Source: a virus | Virus record (IMG/VR): IMGVR_UViG_3300047510_003167 | Location: 8,472 to 72,471 of that record | DNA length: 64,000 nt | Strand: one strand, 5' to 3' | In this document: piece by piece, positions 19,455 through 29,564 of the stretch | Layout: each line of letters opens with the position of its first letter | Numbering within the stretch: position 1 is the stretch's first letter | Notes under the pieces: model-generated | Databases searched by the model: none | The model's input: the letters and a program-made list of their open reading frames with translations, nothing else | What the model was told of the DNA's origin: nothing | Translations under genes and position numbers: made by a program

Positions 19455-22124
19455 ATGGGATTAACATATACTCCGGGATCGGGATGGAATTTAAATTATG
19501 ATGCTGTTCAATCTTTAATAAACCTTGATCCATATCGACAAAAATCTTTTATGTTTCGAATCGTCAAGGATGGCGATTGGAAGGGTAATTGGATTATAAC
19601 AATTCCTTCATATAAATTAGATGCAAGTGGAAATAGAACTTATTATTCAGATTCCGAATTGCAACAAAGAGCAATTGATCATGTTCGGTCTTTAGGTGTA
19701 AATAAGTCTCAAAACTGGGAAGCAAAACATGTTCAGTATCTTGAATCAGCACCCGCTAGTTCGCTTAATTCACTTGGAACTACCTATTTTCAAAAAGAAG
19801 CAGAAAACAATACAATTACAGCTTCAAATAATATTGCGACAACTAACAACGCTGCTTACGACAAAGTTTTACAAGTAGCAACATCAACCCGTGGAGGTGA
19901 TTACACTACGCAAAGAGAGATCGTAAGAAGTCTTGGTAACATTAATCCTGAACTTAAATCTGCACTTGAAAATTCTTTTAAAACTTTTTATCTAACAGAG
20001 AAATTACAGCAGTGGGACACCGCTCTTGGCGCTCAACCGCCATATGGAGCGTTTGATCCAAACTACTACAAAACCCAAAATCCAGGTGTACAACAAGCCT
20101 GGCAAGCTGCTGTTAATAATGATGATCTTGATATTACTGCCAGATATGGCGAGAATGGCTATTATCTGCAGCACTATACATCACAAGGAAGACCTGCAGG
20201 TTTGCGAGGTAATGCAGCAGAAACAACTGTTGCTGCACAAAACTATGTAGAAAATAAACCAACAGATGCTGATTTACAAGCATTAAGAACCCTTCAGTTG
20301 GGCATAAATACTGAAAGCATTTCACAAAGATTGCTTGCAGTGCCAGAAGTTTCTGCGGAATGGGAAAAAGCAAAAAGTGGCGATGCATATTGGGCCTCTT
20401 TAGGAAAACAATATTATTTAGACACAAATAAACCAGATGAGTTTGCAGCACTTTTTCGTTTATCTAATCGAGAGCAAGACAAACAAGTCAGTTTTAATTA
20501 CAACTTAAATACCGGTGCAGGCGTCACTGAATTGGAGGATGCTTTAAATACGGCTGTAGGAGAAAAAGCACTTATTGATACTAAAAAATTTGGTGCATTA
20601 ACTCAAAACGTGTTAAAAGACACGATTGAGGAAATGAAAAAAGCTAAGGCAAATGAACAGTTCCTTAGTTTTATGAGTGGTTTTGGTGGTTTCCAGGAGA
20701 TTGTAGATATCAACAAAACTTTAACCGATTCAATTTTGGGTGATAGTGGAGTAGGGGGAGTCTTATCATTTGTTTCTGGCGACCAAGGAGAAAGCTCCCT
20801 GGAAAAAAGTCTGCAAAACATTACTGGTATTAGAAATTCAGCGACATACAATTGGCAACAGTGGTTTGATACCGCTTTAAAAAATAAATACGATAAGGAA
20901 ATTGAATTAGGTTATACAAAAGAAGAAGCGCAACAAACTATTAAAATTGAAGCACAATTTGCAAGAGATTTTATTGATAAGTATTTGATTCCCAGATTTA
21001 ATACTGCACGTTCAATGAATGAATTTGTAGAATATTTAGATGTTAGGCAATCAGAAAAAAACCCATTTCAAACACAAGATTTACTCGATGCAACATCATT
21101 GGTTGCCGATTTACGTGCTCGACAATACATTGATCAAATAAAAGCTACAAACCCTAGATATTTTAATTCTGACTTTTACTTCAATCCCAGTGGAGATCGA
21201 GCAAGGGAAGATCGGTATTTATCACAAACTGCAGAAGTAAACGCTGATTGGGAAGCGGCTAAAAGAGGTGATCCCTACTGGGCGCAACAAGCTTATCGTT
21301 TTGGAATAGATGTAAACAATAAAGATTCTTTTGCACGAATGCACTTTCAGGTGAAAGGACAAGGAAAAGGCTATGACGCTGCAGATGACATCTTGAATGC
21401 AAGTAAAGTAAGCAGTCAAATTTATGATGTCATTTTACCCGCTTTAAAAGAAGAAGTCTTAAAACAAGGAACTATCTTTGGTCAATTTATTAAGCCAGAA
21501 GAGTTTGCAGATGAGATGTTAAAAGGTCTGGATCCCAACAACAAAGGAACGTGGCAAGAAGTGTTAGATCAATATGGACTTAGCGAATTCAAAGGCGATA
21601 TTAATGGCTTGCGTACTTATGTTATTGAAGCTCTTCAAACAGGTTCGGCCCAGCAAATTCGAGAACAAATTAAATACTTAAACGAAAAGCGCAAACGACC
21701 TACCCAGGAACTGCTTGGCATCACATACATTGAAAGAGCAGAAGATTACACTGGAACAGCCAAAGCGGAAACCGAACTCTATAAAACATTTCAATCTGCT
21801 GGATACAAAGGAACAGAAGATGAGTTTTACGAAAACTTTTTTCCTGATTTAGATAGATCCGAAATGAGTGCTTTAACAAAAGCAGGAACAGGAGAAACGT
21901 TTGAATTAACTGGTTTAAATTTCAATACGACAGACCCCTTTGAAGCCATGGGAAATATTGAAAGATTTTTCCCAGATGATGAAGGAGAGACTGTCAATTC
22001 CTCCACCGGTAGTTCTTCTGATTTTTTCAGCTTAAGATTAGATGATGACGAAGAAGGTTACACCAAATCAAAAGCTGGTAGTGATTTTCTTGGTGAGTTT
22101 ACATCTATGTTTAAAGGATTGTGA
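19455..22124 (+). CDS. Large hypothetical (probable internal virion) protein
   Basis: 889-aa ORF with internal repeats WEKAKSGDAYW / WEAAKRGDPYW. Confidence 0.7.
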   Translation: MGLTYTPGSGWNLNYDAVQSLINLDPYRQKSFMFRIVKDGDWKGNWIITIPSYKLDASGNRTYYSDSELQQRAIDHVRSLGVNKSQNWEAKHVQYLESAPASSLNSLGTTYFQKEAENNTITASNNIATTNNAAYDKVLQVATSTRGGDYTTQREIVRSLGNINPELKSALENSFKTFYLTEKLQQWDTALGAQPPYGAFDPNYYKTQNPGVQQAWQAAVNNDDLDITARYGENGYYLQHYTSQGRPAGLRGNAAETTVAAQNYVENKPTDADLQALRTLQLGINTESISQRLLAVPEVSAEWEKAKSGDAYWASLGKQYYLDTNKPDEFAALFRLSNREQDKQVSFNYNLNTGAGVTELEDALNTAVGEKALIDTKKFGALTQNVLKDTIEEMKKAKANEQFLSFMSGFGGFQEIVDINKTLTDSILGDSGVGGVLSFVSGDQGESSLEKSLQNITGIRNSATYNWQQWFDTALKNKYDKEIELGYTKEEAQQTIKIEAQFARDFIDKYLIPRFNTARSMNEFVEYLDVRQSEKNPFQTQDLLDATSLVADLRARQYIDQIKATNPRYFNSDFYFNPSGDRAREDRYLSQTAEVNADWEAAKRGDPYWAQQAYRFGIDVNNKDSFARMHFQVKGQGKGYDAADDILNASKVSSQIYDVILPALKEEVLKQGTIFGQFIKPEEFADEMLKGLDPNNKGTWQEVLDQYGLSEFKGDINGLRTYVIEALQTGSAQQIREQIKYLNEKRKRPTQELLGITYIERAEDYTGTAKAETELYKTFQSAGYKGTEDEFYENFFPDLDRSEMSALTKAGTGETFELTGLNFNTTDPFEAMGNIERFFPDDEGETVNSSTGSSSDFFSLRLDDDEEGYTKSKAGSDFLGEFTSMFKGL

Positions 22125-22423
22125 TGGCTGATAAACGGAAAAAAGCTGCATCTGCTGCCAAATTGGCAAAAGACAAGATGGCCTGTAATAAACCAAGGAA
22201 GACCCCTGGTCACCCCACCAAGTCACACGTTGTTAAAGCATGTGACAACGGCAAAGAAAAAATTATCCGTTTTGGCCAGCAAGGCGTAGAAGGTGCTGGT
22301 AAAAATCCTCAAACGGCAAAGGATAAGGCGAGAAAGCGATCTTATTACGCACGCCACAATGCCCAAGATCCCAACCCAGACAAAATGTCCGCCAGATGGT
22401 GGTCGCACCGCGTAAAATGGTGA
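22124..22423 (+). CDS. Small basic conserved phage protein
   Basis: HPTKSHVVKAC..GKEKIIRFGQQG...YYARH...ARWWSHRVKW. Confidence 0.75.
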   Translation: MADKRKKAASAAKLAKDKMACNKPRKTPGHPTKSHVVKACDNGKEKIIRFGQQGVEGAGKNPQTAKDKARKRSYYARHNAQDPNPDKMSARWWSHRVKW

Positions 22424-22441
22424 GGCCTTCAAATCAATCTC

Positions 22442-22564
22442 ATGGCAAAGCCCAAAGGAACAACCACTATCCGCCTGGAATCCAAGCCCAAAGCTACCAA
22501 GCAAGGTAACGGACGTAACTCCAAACCTTCCCACGGACGTAAATTAAAGCGCGGCCAAGGCTGA
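22442..22564 (+). CDS. 40-aa basic protein (not in ORF track)
   Basis: MAKPKGTTTIRLESKPKATKQGNGRNSKPSHGRKLKRGQG. Confidence 0.6.
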   Translation: MAKPKGTTTIRLESKPKATKQGNGRNSKPSHGRKLKRGQG

Positions 22565-22609
22565 TTGTTACATAATTTGTGTATATTGGGGATAGCAATA
22601 GTTATCCCC

Positions 22610-23269
22610 ATGGCTGATTTCAGCTGCGCACTTAACCTCATTCGTAAGTATGAAGGTTTTAACGAAAAGGCGTACGCCGATCCGCTTACTGGTGGAGAAC
22701 CTTACACCATTGGATTTGGCACTCAGTTTTACCCTGACGGCTCTCCGGTAAAGCGGGGACAATGCTGTACAAAAGAAAAAGCACTGGAATATTTGTTTCA
22801 CGAAGTTCAAGTCATTGACTCACAACTTCAAAAACTCAACATGGGGCTTGATGACTCCATGCGTCAAGCATTAATTTCTTTTGTTCACTCTGTAGGCTGG
22901 GAGCCTTTTCTTTACAGCGGAGTCATTGATGCCGTTGATTGCGAAGATTGGGCGATGGCCGCACAGGAAATTAACCGCTGGATCTTCAATGAGGAACATA
23001 AAGTCATTGGTGGTTTATTGGATCGTCGCAGGGATGAATCAAATCTCTTTCTCCTGGAAGTAGACGCCAACCCCTGGGTGTCAACTGAAATTCTTCTGAC
23101 TGCCTTCAGGAATTATTCAGCTGCTCCTCATCAAGTGCGAGCCATTCGTGTCTTGGAAGAAAAAATCAATCCTTACGTGTTGTCAGAATTTGCCAACGAT
23201 TACCGCATTGACGATAATCCGTGGATTGAATACCCCAGCGAAGAGCTTGACTCTTTATTTAATGTGTAG
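22610..23269 (+). CDS. GH24 phage lysozyme with C-terminal accessory domain
   Basis: IRKYEGF...AYAD...PYTIGFG (E-D-T catalytic pattern), GLLDRRRDE. Confidence 0.9.
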   Translation: MADFSCALNLIRKYEGFNEKAYADPLTGGEPYTIGFGTQFYPDGSPVKRGQCCTKEKALEYLFHEVQVIDSQLQKLNMGLDDSMRQALISFVHSVGWEPFLYSGVIDAVDCEDWAMAAQEINRWIFNEEHKVIGGLLDRRRDESNLFLLEVDANPWVSTEILLTAFRNYSAAPHQVRAIRVLEEKINPYVLSEFANDYRIDDNPWIEYPSEELDSLFNV

Positions 23270-23295
23270 ACTTAGAATACATTGAGTGAAGCAAG

Positions 23296-23595
23296 ATGAA
23301 TGCGATGGATCGTTCAGTTGAGCCTCGGGAATTTGAACTTCCTTTAGAGCTTCAATTCTCCATGCGCAAAGCCGAGCTTCAAGCCAATGAAATGTGCTGG
23401 GAAGAACTCCACGCCGCACTCCTTAACCTGTACTACCAGCGGTTAATGGAGTGGCAGGCGGTTCGCGAAATCTTGGCAGATGAAAATATCGAGTTGAGTT
23501 TTGACGTTCCTACCGACTTGGAATTAGCAGAACTCGCCGCCGCCTGTATGGGCGACGACGAGGAGAATGACGAAGAAGAATATCAACCCTTCTAG
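23296..23595 (+). CDS. nblA: NblA-like phycobilisome degradation protein with acidic tail
   Basis: ELPLELQFSMR...EMCWEELHAALLNLYYQ fits the NblA LxLEQxFxxR helix-loop-helix pattern. Confidence 0.6.
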   Translation: MNAMDRSVEPREFELPLELQFSMRKAELQANEMCWEELHAALLNLYYQRLMEWQAVREILADENIELSFDVPTDLELAELAAACMGDDEENDEEEYQPF

Positions 23596-24074
23596 ATTCC
23601 TTCGTCGAAAGCAACTAAGCGCTCAAGGTACCACTGAGCTTTTTGCAACGACTCGGTACCGCCCTTAAGGCGTTCACGCCACAGATATTTAACGCAGTTG
23701 CCCTTGAGATAACCGCGATATTCTTCAGCCGTAAGCTGGGCTTCAATCGCTTCAATGCATTCAATTCCGCCATCAAGATAATGAGGCGGATGATTAACAA
23801 GATCAGGTTGAAGTTGTGGGGCGGCAGGGGTAGTTAGCCAGGGAACCGGGCAAACACCATCTTTGCAACCGTCTTCTTCTACCGGCTTAAACCACGACGC
23901 TTGCGTGACTGCTCCAGCATCTCCTCCTTGGGTCCCGCCAGGGCCAGCACTAATGCTTTGGGACGGGGTGATGCCCCCATTTCCATCCCCTGTTCCATCG
24001 ACGGAATGTAACCCGTCATTCCGGGCCGTGCGCCCTCGAGTTCCAGATTCTTCCTGGGACGATCTTGCTGACAT
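23592..24074 (-). CDS. DUF3310-type protein
   Basis: VNHPPHY..GGIECIEAI...GYLKGNCVKYLWR..KGG.ESLQKAQWYL; start uncertain. Confidence 0.8.
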   Translation of the reverse strand: MSARSSQEESGTRGRTARNDGLHSVDGTGDGNGGITPSQSISAGPGGTQGGDAGAVTQASWFKPVEEDGCKDGVCPVPWLTTPAAPQLQPDLVNHPPHYLDGGIECIEAIEAQLTAEEYRGYLKGNCVKYLWRERLKGGTESLQKAQWYLERLVAFDEGI

Positions 24075-24223
24075 GCGACGAGTCCACGATTGTACTGATC
24101 GTACAATGGTACATCATTTTCTTCGTTGTCCAGCGGAGCGCCAAACATTTCTTCAGTTAAGCAACGACACTTAACTTCATCTTGTACAAAACTATCTAAA
24201 AACCCCAGTGCATCGCCATGCAT
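23879..24223 (-). CDS. Hypothetical protein
   Basis: 114-aa ORF overlapping the DUF3310 ORF in another frame. Confidence 0.55.
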   Translation of the reverse strand: MHGDALGFLDSFVQDEVKCRCLTEEMFGAPLDNEENDVPLYDQYNRGLVACQQDRPRKNLELEGARPGMTGYIPSMEQGMEMGASPRPKALVLALAGPKEEMLEQSRKRRGLSR

Positions 24224-24261
24224 AATATCTGGACTTGTATTATCTCATTTACAATATTATC

Positions 24262-24636
24262 ATGGCAGATTTGTACCGCTCTACATACGATCCTCGGCAG
24301 CTCTCTGGTACTTCAGGGGCCGAACTTTCGGACTTGAATCCGGCCCAGGCGTATGACACAGACCTTAGGCGTGTAGAAGAAAAATCCAGGGGTGCAACAG
24401 AGTCTGTAAATGACGATCAGCTGCGTAAAGCAAAGTTCTTTGCAGCGGCAAAATCCGCTGGAAAGTTTAAACAAAAAGCTCAGATAGACGAACCAACTAT
24501 TCGTGGAAGAACTCCACGTAATGAAGCGGTGCTGGATGGAACAAACCTCCCAAGCATGGGAGATGAGTTTGGCACCGTAGGCTCAACAAATTATGCAAAC
24601 AAACCGTTGCCAAACTTTGGGCGACCCTTTGTTTAA
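24262..24636 (+). CDS. Hypothetical protein
   Basis: ORF from MADLYRSTYDPR. Confidence 0.6.
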   Translation: MADLYRSTYDPRQLSGTSGAELSDLNPAQAYDTDLRRVEEKSRGATESVNDDQLRKAKFFAAAKSAGKFKQKAQIDEPTIRGRTPRNEAVLDGTNLPSMGDEFGTVGSTNYANKPLPNFGRPFV

Positions 24637-24848
24637 TATTCTTGTTGACTGTAATATTCAAGGTCCAAAGAATCTTGAAGTTGATCAAAAACTTCTGCAA
24701 TCATATTGAGAACCCATTGAACATTGTCAGACCTGTAATTAGACAGGTTTTTAGAAAGCTCTGCATTTTCTAAATGAATTACAGAACGAATTAAGACATT
24801 CAAAATGTCTAGGCGTTGTTCAATATCTTGGGAAGTTACGGTATTCAT
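24633..24848 (-). CDS. Hypothetical protein
   Basis: ATGA-coupled to dcd. Confidence 0.6.
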   Translation of the reverse strand: MNTVTSQDIEQRLDILNVLIRSVIHLENAELSKNLSNYRSDNVQWVLNMIAEVFDQLQDSLDLEYYSQQEY

Positions 24849-25432
24849 GCTTTGGAGAAAACAATTTCTTTCTTTTGGTTTTGATATTTACCTTTACGGT
24901 CCTGGTAGGACACTTCGCAGGGATTACCTCGGTAGAAAAGAAGTTGAGTAATACCTTCGTTCGCGTAGATGCGATTGAATAAACCAGTACAGTTACTGAT
25001 TTCCAACGTCAGGTAACCTTCCCACATGCTTTCGGCGGGCGTGATGTTCACGAGGATTCCTGAACGAGCGTAAGTTGACTTGCCAACAGCAACCACGCTC
25101 ACGTCACGGGGAAGTTTAAGTCGCTCCTGGGCCACACCCAGACAATAGCCGTAGGGAGGAAGGATGAAATACTGACCCTTTTCGTCTTCGTGAAGCTCAG
25201 CCGGAGTCAGGATCGAAGGGTCAAAATCTTTTGGATCACAGTCACCGGCCTGGATACGACCAAAGATTAAACATTCTTTAGGCGACAAACGAATGTCGTA
25301 CCCATATGAGCTAAGCCCATAGCTCAGGATGCGCCTGCCATCTTCTTTACTGACCAAAGCCCCCTGGAAAGGCGAGATCATCTCTTCGTTTTCCGCGAGT
25401 TCTTTAATTTCCCAGTCAGCAAGAAGGCTCAT
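24845..25432 (-). CDS. dcd: dCTP deaminase
   Basis: SYGLSSYGYDIRL, GKSTYARSG, WEGYLTLEISN, ANEGITQLLF, SYQDRKGKYQ. Confidence 0.95.
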   Translation of the reverse strand: MSLLADWEIKELAENEEMISPFQGALVSKEDGRRILSYGLSSYGYDIRLSPKECLIFGRIQAGDCDPKDFDPSILTPAELHEDEKGQYFILPPYGYCLGVAQERLKLPRDVSVVAVGKSTYARSGILVNITPAESMWEGYLTLEISNCTGLFNRIYANEGITQLLFYRGNPCEVSYQDRKGKYQNQKKEIVFSKA

Positions 25433-25463
25433 AATTTCACTGAATCCAGTTCAATATACCAAA

Positions 25464-26051
25464 TCAGCAAAGGACTCGGCCTTTTTCTGAATAAATGTCA
25501 ACAAAGTTTTGAATGGCTCCCTCAGTATTTTTCATCGGAGGAAGATACACCAATAACGAGGTGCAGGTCTTATGTTTGCCGATTCCCTGACTTGTGTTTT
25601 TTATCAGGTTTGGGGCAGTGCGCAAGATACATACAGGAAAATCAAAGATTTGCTGTTCGTACCGGATCATGTCAGGGCAATTCGTAAAGTAAAGGCCCTG
25701 GTCTACCTGGCGGTTAAACCAAAACTTAAACAACTTACGAAACCACACCGCATGAGAAGAAACCAAAGAAGGTGACGAAGACCGCGTCATCTTCCACTTG
25801 TCGCTTTTCTTGTCCCAAAAGTAGGCCCCACTTGGAGGAAACAAATACACACGTCCGTACCACTCCTGTGCGTTTAATCCATCGTCCAGGGGAGTGTAAA
25901 ATTTTTCAGCTTGAACAAACGTATTTGCAACCTTGGAACTGGCAACATCAAGTTCAATGCCCCCAAGTAAACCGTGCGCAGCGGCAACCAAGTCCTTATT
26001 GGTGATCAGTTCTAAGTCTTCTTTACGGCTATAAATGCTTGGAATAGCCAT
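25464..26051 (-). CDS. Phage Dam-like N6-adenine methyltransferase homologue with atypical catalytic motif
   Basis: IELDVASS..AN....FYT..DDGL...W.GRVYLFPPS (NPPY expected). Confidence 0.65.
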   Translation of the reverse strand: MAIPSIYSRKEDLELITNKDLVAAAHGLLGGIELDVASSKVANTFVQAEKFYTPLDDGLNAQEWYGRVYLFPPSGAYFWDKKSDKWKMTRSSSPSLVSSHAVWFRKLFKFWFNRQVDQGLYFTNCPDMIRYEQQIFDFPVCILRTAPNLIKNTSQGIGKHKTCTSLLVYLPPMKNTEGAIQNFVDIYSEKGRVLC

Positions 26052-26437
26052 TATTCCTCTGCCTTCTTGTTGTAATCAACTTGGCAGTACCTAAATCCTT
26101 CGCTGTCTTTAATAATGTAACCAGCAGCTTCCAGGGGATTAATTTTTTGTGCGGCTTCTAAGATGCGACGGAAGCTTTCGGCTGTGTCACCATCACTCGC
26201 AGATTCACACTCTTGCTGCGCTGCATACAAATCTTCAAGTGTCCAGTAAGCCATTGAGTTATTTCCGTTTTCTGGTTGGAAGACCATCACACCGGGCCCC
26301 CTCAGATCCCAAAATTGGCAATACTGCTTGCCCATGTCGCCAAGCGTAAGGCGAACCACAGCATCAAGCATCTTTGCTTTCATCTCATCTGCATCGGGAC
26401 CAAGAGTCTTGGCGATCAGCTTCTCACGTCTGCTCAT
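26051..26437 (-). CDS. Hypothetical protein
   Basis: 128 aa, coupled to both neighbours. Confidence 0.7.
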   Translation of the reverse strand: MSRREKLIAKTLGPDADEMKAKMLDAVVRLTLGDMGKQYCQFWDLRGPGVMVFQPENGNNSMAYWTLEDLYAAQQECESASDGDTAESFRRILEAAQKINPLEAAGYIIKDSEGFRYCQVDYNKKAEE

Positions 26438-26892
26438 GGCTCAACCAACTTTTGTTTAATTAAAGCCTCTAGCATCTTAGGTAAAGGCTTGTAGATAACA
26501 ACAAGCTTACCAAGATTTCCACGCTTTTTGACAAGCTTTCCTTTTTCATCACGAAGTTTGTCAAATTCTCCGGCGCGTATCAAATACTCTGCAACGCAAC
26601 GCAATCGTCTCTTCAGAGGAAGTTCAGCTTGGGGGAATCGACCACAAATTGTTTCAGGACGCATATCTCTAAAAGCAATCCGCAGTCGATTGGCAAGAGT
26701 CATTGAAGAATGGGGGTCTTCTTCTTCATAATTTCTTAAGTTTTCCAGGTACCGGCGTAATACCAAATCATCAAAAGAACCTTCGGGTGGAAGGAAGGAC
26801 TGCACCTGTCGAATCAAGGATTCAGGCAACAACTCTTCGTGGTTATCAACAGTGACAAGTGTGATGTCTAAACCATGGAAACGACTAGGCAT
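26434..26892 (-). CDS. Hypothetical protein
   Basis: Likely start MPSRFHG overlapping the upstream stop. Confidence 0.7.
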   Translation of the reverse strand: MPSRFHGLDITLVTVDNHEELLPESLIRQVQSFLPPEGSFDDLVLRRYLENLRNYEEEDPHSSMTLANRLRIAFRDMRPETICGRFPQAELPLKRRLRCVAEYLIRAGEFDKLRDEKGKLVKKRGNLGKLVVIYKPLPKMLEALIKQKLVEP

Positions 26893-27304
26893 GTTCCGAC
26901 CGCCCCCTATCGGATGAAACATAGAAAGGCTTGGACACTTCAAAGTCTCGTTTTTCCAGCTTCCGATTTTTTACAAATTCTTGAACCAGTGTATTCCACG
27001 GAATACGGATAATTGCTTTTCGAACTGAACAAGGACTGATATTGACGTAATGCAGACCCTCCACCCATCCCTTCTCTGGGTTCTTTTTGCCAACGCTGAT
27101 CCAGTTCCGAATTGTTTGGTCGCTTATCCCAAGGCGAGTCGCACATTCTTCCGTGGAAATATACTCGTCAGCAAATGCGTCAGGATGAAGAGAGGCATCT
27201 GGCGCATTTTGAGCAGTGTTACGCCAAATAGAAGAAAGGATATTTTTAATTCCCTTCAGCTCATGAGCTACATCTTCCAATCCTTTTCGGATTCCGTAAG
27301 CCAT
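26885..27304 (-). CDS. MerR/excisionase-like HTH DNA-binding protein
   Basis: YISTEECATRLGISDQTIRNWI...WVEGLHYV. Confidence 0.75.
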   Translation of the reverse strand: MAYGIRKGLEDVAHELKGIKNILSSIWRNTAQNAPDASLHPDAFADEYISTEECATRLGISDQTIRNWISVGKKNPEKGWVEGLHYVNISPCSVRKAIIRIPWNTLVQEFVKNRKLEKRDFEVSKPFYVSSDRGRSEHA

Positions 27305-27360
27305 ACGTCGACACTTTTTGTTTAGATGCTAAGGTATGGGAAAAGATTTTGCACGGTTAA

Positions 27361-27696
27361 ATGGAAAATCAAATTCCGCCCAGTAACGTTCCTTCTCCCC
27401 TGGAAAACTTAGAAGGACAGCAACTGACACTGCCCCCGAACATCACGCCGCAACAACTGGAACAATTGAAGGCTCGTGCCAGGGAGGCAGCCATCCGCAT
27501 GACCCTGGAACAAAACCAAGCACAAGTCCCAGTCCCTTCTCAGGTTCCACCAAGGGTTGTTTATGTGCGGCGTAATTTGACAGTCGCAGAACTTTTAGTT
27601 GTATTTGTGATTTCCTGCGGGATTGTTACAGGTCTTCAAGCAGGTTGGAGCCTTGCAACTAACCTTGTTCCGCGCATTGAAATCAAGCTGAAATAG
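27361..27696 (+). CDS. Hypothetical membrane protein
   Basis: C-terminal hydrophobic helix. Confidence 0.65.
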   Translation: MENQIPPSNVPSPLENLEGQQLTLPPNITPQQLEQLKARAREAAIRMTLEQNQAQVPVPSQVPPRVVYVRRNLTVAELLVVFVISCGIVTGLQAGWSLATNLVPRIEIKLK

Positions 27697-27748
27697 CTTG
27701 GACACATTGCGATTATAATTCAATTTAAGGCCTTTTGTGATTGAGTAG

Positions 27749-29521
27749 GTGGCTAATAGGAGAATATCTGAACTGCCCGAATTGCTCGGAGCAGATATTG
27801 CGGATCAAGATCTGCTGACGATTGTTCACGTATTTGAAGTTGACCCTACTCTCAAGAACAAAAAACTTACAATTTCCGGTTTTAATTCTTATTTAAGAAC
27901 TAAGTATATTCCTGTTACCGGCGGCATATTAACCGGTGACGTTGTAGTAAACGGCAACTTACAAGTCACTGGTGCCACCTCTGTAACAACTATTACAGGC
28001 ACCAGTGTTGCAACGTTTAACTCGGTAATCGTTCAGACCAACCTTCAAGCACTTGGCACTATTAGTGGCCAAACAATTACTGGCGTTCAAGTTCACGCCG
28101 AAACGGGCATCTTTAACTCGCAGGTCTTTTCTCCTGTTGTTACTGGTAATACCGGACGTTTTACCAATATTACCGGTGTAAGTGGTACGTTCACGTCCCA
28201 GTTATCAGGCGCCACAATCACTGGTAATACAGGGCAATTTACAAATTTAACCGGAGTTGCGGGTACATTTACCTCTACGTTATCCGGCGCTAGCGTTACT
28301 GGAAATATTGGAAACTTCACAACCATTACAGGTGCAACCGGAGTTTTTACCGGCACCTTATCTGGAACGACAGTAACCGGTAATACGGGCCAATTTACAG
28401 CTGTCACTGGAAGTACCGCAAACTTTACTTCTGTAACAGGTGTTAGCGGTGTATTTACATCACAACTTTCTGGTGCTGTCATTACTGGAAACACCGGTAG
28501 ATTTACAAGCATTACTGGTGTCACAGGAGTATTTACGACTGTTGTTTCCGGTGCTACCGTCACTGGCAACACGGGTCAATTTACAAATTTGACTGGTGTT
28601 TCGGCAGGTTTTACCACTGTTACGGGTATTACTGTTACCGGGACCACGGCTAATTTTGTATCCGGAACGTTTACCACACAACTCTCCGGTTTATTAATAA
28701 CTGGAAATACGGCTCAGTTCACAACACTTACTGGAGCTACTGCTGGATTTACCACCGTTACGGGCGTAACTGTTACGGGGACCACGGCTAATTTTGTTTC
28801 AGGTGTATTTACAACTCAGCTCTCAGGTACGTCCATAACTGGACAGACGGCTAACTTTTCAAACATTACGGGCGTTAGTGGGACATTCACTACCACTGTC
28901 AGCGGAGCGACTGTTACCGGAAACACGGGACGCTTTAGCACCCTTACGGGAAACACTGCTGGTTTCACAACCGTTACTGGTGTAACTGTTACAGGAACAA
29001 CGGCTAATTTTACGTCAGGTGTATTTACAACTCAATTATCAGGCACCTTGGTTACTGGTAATACAATTACTGCAACCAGTGGTGTCTTTCAGTTCTTAAC
29101 GGCAGTAAACCAAGCGTTTGGCGGAAACCTTACCTTTTCAGGTAATACATTTACCCTTGGATCTGGTTATTTCAGCTCTGGGATTAGTGTCACTGGAACA
29201 GTCAGCGGCGAAACAATTACTGGAACCAGTGGTGTATTTACCACAGTTACTGGTACAAGTGGAGTATTTACAACCATTACCGGTGGAACGGTTAACTTCA
29301 CTTCCGTAAATGCTGTAAGCGGAATCTTTGTAACCGTTACCGGAACGGATGGAAATTTCAATACAGTTACGGGTAATTCTGGACGTTTTACCAATATCAC
29401 AGGCAGCACTTTAAACATCACAACCCCCTCTGGAGCAACTCCAGCTATTGTTTGTTCAGGCGTTGTGTCTGGCAGCACAAGTGGATTTGTTATCCAAGGC
29501 CCGCTAATTATCCTTCCTTAA
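27749..29521 (+). CDS. Thr/Gly-rich beta-repeat tail fibre/spike protein
   Basis: MANRRISELPEL N-terminus typical of fibre anchors; many FTxxTG / LSGxTxTG repeats. Confidence 0.75.
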   Translation: MANRRISELPELLGADIADQDLLTIVHVFEVDPTLKNKKLTISGFNSYLRTKYIPVTGGILTGDVVVNGNLQVTGATSVTTITGTSVATFNSVIVQTNLQALGTISGQTITGVQVHAETGIFNSQVFSPVVTGNTGRFTNITGVSGTFTSQLSGATITGNTGQFTNLTGVAGTFTSTLSGASVTGNIGNFTTITGATGVFTGTLSGTTVTGNTGQFTAVTGSTANFTSVTGVSGVFTSQLSGAVITGNTGRFTSITGVTGVFTTVVSGATVTGNTGQFTNLTGVSAGFTTVTGITVTGTTANFVSGTFTTQLSGLLITGNTAQFTTLTGATAGFTTVTGVTVTGTTANFVSGVFTTQLSGTSITGQTANFSNITGVSGTFTTTVSGATVTGNTGRFSTLTGNTAGFTTVTGVTVTGTTANFTSGVFTTQLSGTLVTGNTITATSGVFQFLTAVNQAFGGNLTFSGNTFTLGSGYFSSGISVTGTVSGETITGTSGVFTTVTGTSGVFTTITGGTVNFTSVNAVSGIFVTVTGTDGNFNTVTGNSGRFTNITGSTLNITTPSGATPAIVCSGVVSGSTSGFVIQGPLIILP

Positions 29522-29564
29522 GATTAATCGCTTAGTTAAAGTAAAATAAGAAAAAAAGATTGCC

